The translations under genes and the position numbers were made by a program. This document shows, piece by piece, positions 26,860 through 29,607 of a stretch of DNA of 29,607 nucleotides (position 1 is the stretch's first letter; the number at the start of each line of letters is the position of its first letter). Under the pieces are notes generated by a model, which was not told where the DNA came from, searched no databases, and saw nothing but the letters and a program-made list of their open reading frames with translations. The stretch spans positions 4,082 to 33,688 of the forward strand of contig JBHLME010000043.1 in the NCBI GenBank assembly GCA_048938445.1. Direction: 5' to 3'. Origin of the DNA: Promethearchaeota archaeon (GTDB taxonomy: Archaea > Asgardarchaeota > Lokiarchaeia > Sigyniarchaeales > SOKP01).

Positions 26860-29523
26860 CTACCTCCTATATCCTCTAGGCTTTTTTATTATTATGAGGA
26901 ATGCTAATCCAAAGATTACTGAAATGGATAATAAGATGATTACTCGCGAATCGAATATTCCCTTAAATTTAAAAAAACCGTCATCATTATCATCACCACC
27001 ATCAGGGACTCCTGGTATATCAGGAATGGTTGGTTCCACGTAAAATGATAATTCATATAATACTATTCTAATAGGTTCATTTAAAAGCTCTTCATATATT
27101 GTATCAGCATAAAATCCCGTACTTTTTACCATACCATCGTTATCATATGTAATGCTATATGTAAGATTGACTTCTTCAAGCTGAACATTAGTAAAATTTT
27201 GACCCATATACTCAATATGTTCGAATTCTGCTGGTCCTGAATAAACTACTTCATAAATAGTATTACCATCATGTATAACATCTTCCCACCAATCAATATA
27301 TTCCAAGTTAAGATCAACTATTATTGGAACTACATCTTGTTCCATCAGAGTCATTCTTGCCACGGTAATATTAATTCCAAGATTACTTGCATCTTTATAT
27401 ACTGGTACAACAATAGTATTTATGGCAGAAATATTTTCATTATTAAAATCGTCCGGATTTGTTGTATAGTTCCATTTATCAATAATTACATTCCATCCCT
27501 CTGGAGTTTCAATAATATCCGTGATTTCAGAACAAGTTAAATCTCCTTTTACTTCTGGACTAGCAACCACTTTCTCAAATACATCCATATATTCAACTTG
27601 AGGCTTTCTTTCTTTAACTAATGGCCAAATCATTTCCATTGCAATAGGGCACCAATAATCCCTGAAGTAATCAACCAATATTCCAAATTTTTCCCACGCA
27701 GTAATTAAACCTGAACCATAACCTTGATTTGAAATGTCATATTCAGATATCATCTGATTTTTTAAATCATCATCACCGTGAGAAGATTCATTTACCGCTC
27801 TATCATAGAGTTCGAGAAATTCAATTACTCCCTCTCCTAACTCGTTATCTGCTACCAAACCTGGAAGGTTAGTTGTACCATCGATGAGTTTACACACCCA
27901 ATATTGATTTGCTTGTCCTTCATTATAAAGATCACCATATACAAGATCTGTAGGATCATTATATGTATCTGAGTACCATTCTGAGATACCCTTGATCGGG
28001 GGATAGGGGGGATCAAAAAACATTGGATCTGATAAGAACTTGCTTACAGAATAAGTTTCTCCGTTATATGGTGAAGTATATACGTTTCTTTCAAAGTAGA
28101 AATGAATTGGAGTACAATAAACATCAAGCCCGATGAGCCTGTCTTCTAACATGTAATTACCCAAATCCTTGGTTTCGTTAAGAACTACAAACCAAGCGGT
28201 AGCATTGACAAATTCACGCATATCTTTTAATGTATCATTGTCTAATGTGTCTGTATTCTTTTCAACTACTTCATAGATGTATTTATCTCCTACCTTAACA
28301 CCAATATCTGTTGTAGCGTTAAATTCTTCACTTATAGTATAATAATTGTTTGGATTCTTTTGGTTTCTATATTCCGTAGTAATCCATTCGTTTGTACGCT
28401 CTATATCAGAGATGTGAACTTCATCCAACACCCCTACATATGTTAGACTTGTAGATATTTTTCTAGGTTTCCCAAATCGTAAATATTCATCATTGGTTGT
28501 AATATCATATGTAATACCTCTATTTGCTTCTTCAACACCATCAACGTATACCCTTGCAATACTCCCATCATAAGTACATGATACGTGCACCCATACTCCT
28601 GCGGTATATATCGGATTCTCAGGATCAGGAGAGCTAGTAGTAACTTCACGAACATAAAGGTCACTACCAATACAAAACGTAATATCCCCACCAGATTCTG
28701 TCCTGATTGACCAACCTTTAGGATTAGAATCAAAATATCCATCATCTGGATAGTTATCTATTAATCTCATGTGTCTATTTGCACCAGCATTCATCCAAAA
28801 TGATACCGTGATCGAATTTCTCGTGTCATAATAACTGCTAAAATCAATATAGTCATTACTATTACCATCAAAGTCAATGGCACCATCAATCATTCCATTG
28901 ACTTGATCAGCAGAGGTCATTCCACTATTTGGATTTCCATTAATATTGTTGCTAGTTGAATCATAAATGATGCTAGTTGGATTTTCAGATAAGTGCCATA
29001 CTCCCTTAAAATCACTATTCCACACATCTTCCTCATGTTCTTGAGAACCCAAACCATCAGCACCATAATGCATTAATATAATTGTATCTTCATCACATTT
29101 TAATTCAGGTATTCTGACCCACGCGATTAATTGAGCCTGATCAACACTATAATCATAAATATAGCGTTCTACTTCATGATCTAATTGTTCCAAACCATCG
29201 AAAAATGCGATATCTTCACCCGTAGGTTTAGCATGTAATTTTAAATCTGAATCAATTATAGAGATTAACAACGGAAAGTCTAAAAGATCTGCGGTCCCTT
29301 CAACTAAGTTGTGATTTATCACGATCTCTTTGTAATATGAAAAGTCACTTGGATGTGATGATGTTTTAATGATAGTATTCTCTTCATTCGTAGTATCTTG
29401 CATGAAATCATCTTTGATGGGATTAAAATTAAAAAAAGCAGCGAAGTTAAAACAGCAAATAATTAAAAGAGTGAAACCTATAATTCTATCCTTTCTATTA
29501 AATGATTTTTTTCTTTTTTTCAA
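26860..29523 (-). CDS. Large secreted, C-terminally membrane-anchored protein with DUF2341 and LamG/ConA-like domains
   Basis: Basic plus hydrophobic N-terminal signal. DFPLLI...GEDIAF...LDHEVE...AWVRIP...VWNSDFKGVWHL (DUF2341); WVHVSCTYDG...YVDG...LDEVHIS (LamG). Acidic C-terminal half, final TM then KKPRGYRR. TTG start after GAGGT. Confidence 0.85.
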   Translation of the reverse strand: MKKRKKSFNRKDRIIGFTLLIICCFNFAAFFNFNPIKDDFMQDTTNEENTIIKTSSHPSDFSYYKEIVINHNLVEGTADLLDFPLLISIIDSDLKLHAKPTGEDIAFFDGLEQLDHEVERYIYDYSVDQAQLIAWVRIPELKCDEDTIILMHYGADGLGSQEHEEDVWNSDFKGVWHLSENPTSIIYDSTSNNINGNPNSGMTSADQVNGMIDGAIDFDGNSNDYIDFSSYYDTRNSITVSFWMNAGANRHMRLIDNYPDDGYFDSNPKGWSIRTESGGDITFCIGSDLYVREVTTSSPDPENPIYTAGVWVHVSCTYDGSIARVYVDGVEEANRGITYDITTNDEYLRFGKPRKISTSLTYVGVLDEVHISDIERTNEWITTEYRNQKNPNNYYTISEEFNATTDIGVKVGDKYIYEVVEKNTDTLDNDTLKDMREFVNATAWFVVLNETKDLGNYMLEDRLIGLDVYCTPIHFYFERNVYTSPYNGETYSVSKFLSDPMFFDPPYPPIKGISEWYSDTYNDPTDLVYGDLYNEGQANQYWVCKLIDGTTNLPGLVADNELGEGVIEFLELYDRAVNESSHGDDDLKNQMISEYDISNQGYGSGLITAWEKFGILVDYFRDYWCPIAMEMIWPLVKERKPQVEYMDVFEKVVASPEVKGDLTCSEITDIIETPEGWNVIIDKWNYTTNPDDFNNENISAINTIVVPVYKDASNLGINITVARMTLMEQDVVPIIVDLNLEYIDWWEDVIHDGNTIYEVVYSGPAEFEHIEYMGQNFTNVQLEEVNLTYSITYDNDGMVKSTGFYADTIYEELLNEPIRIVLYELSFYVEPTIPDIPGVPDGGDDNDDGFFKFKGIFDSRVIILLSISVIFGLAFLIIIKKPRGYRR

Positions 29524-29607
29524 TTACCTCATCCCTTTTTTTTTAATATTTCGTTGTGATCTTTATCTCAATAATATTTTTTTCTATATATTTATTAAAT
29601 GTTGACT

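Noticed and set aside
2095-29605. Numerous short ORFs nested antisense or out of frame within long genes (e.g. 2095-2289, 5714-6073, 7001-7258, 15561-15908, 26121-26474, 28443-28745, 29369-29605)
   Set aside because: They overlap well-supported CDSs and show no recognisable motifs.
1-29607. Mobile elements, tRNA/rRNA genes, CRISPR arrays
   Set aside because: No transposase/integrase motifs, structured RNA-like GC-rich segments or repeat-spacer arrays were recognised.

Overview
AT-rich archaeal-style DNA, most likely from an Asgard archaeon (Lokiarchaeia-like). This is inferred from several longin/roadblock-type and V4R-type proteins, oligo-T terminators and frequent GTG/TTG starts. Left half (1-13.5 kb): a thiol-redox/stress block with OsmC-like protein, Hsp20, 2-oxoacid:ferredoxin oxidoreductase alpha/beta, a Cys-rich PAS histidine kinase, thioredoxin reductase, AIM24-family protein, two tandem protein-disulfide oxidoreductases, a Rieske non-heme oxygenase and two CCG-domain Fe-S proteins. 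Middle (10.3-15.9 kb): Asgard-type signalling/trafficking-like proteins (7TM-longin fusion, a probable triple longin/roadblock protein, a His-containing membrane domain fused to a V4R-like domain). The main discovery is an unannotated 41-aa, 9-Cys peptide gene at 16137-16262 (MKIVKKEKMTATA-CKCGSAC-ISAS-CKCGSAC-ISS-CKCGSSC). It lies about 650 bp upstream of a radical SAM/SPASM enzyme with an N-terminal PqqD/RRE-like domain and a coupled small Cys protein. Together these look like an archaeal RiPP (ranthipeptide/sactipeptide-like) system; a metallothionein is the alternative reading of the peptide. Right part: a two-gene CoA-substrate activase/dehydratase-like locus and an operon (DUF2341/LamG surface protein plus ABC-2 exporter) in which two genes appear to lack any canonical start codon. 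The left window edge shows an in-frame OsmC-to-thiolase junction, probably an assembly chimera.
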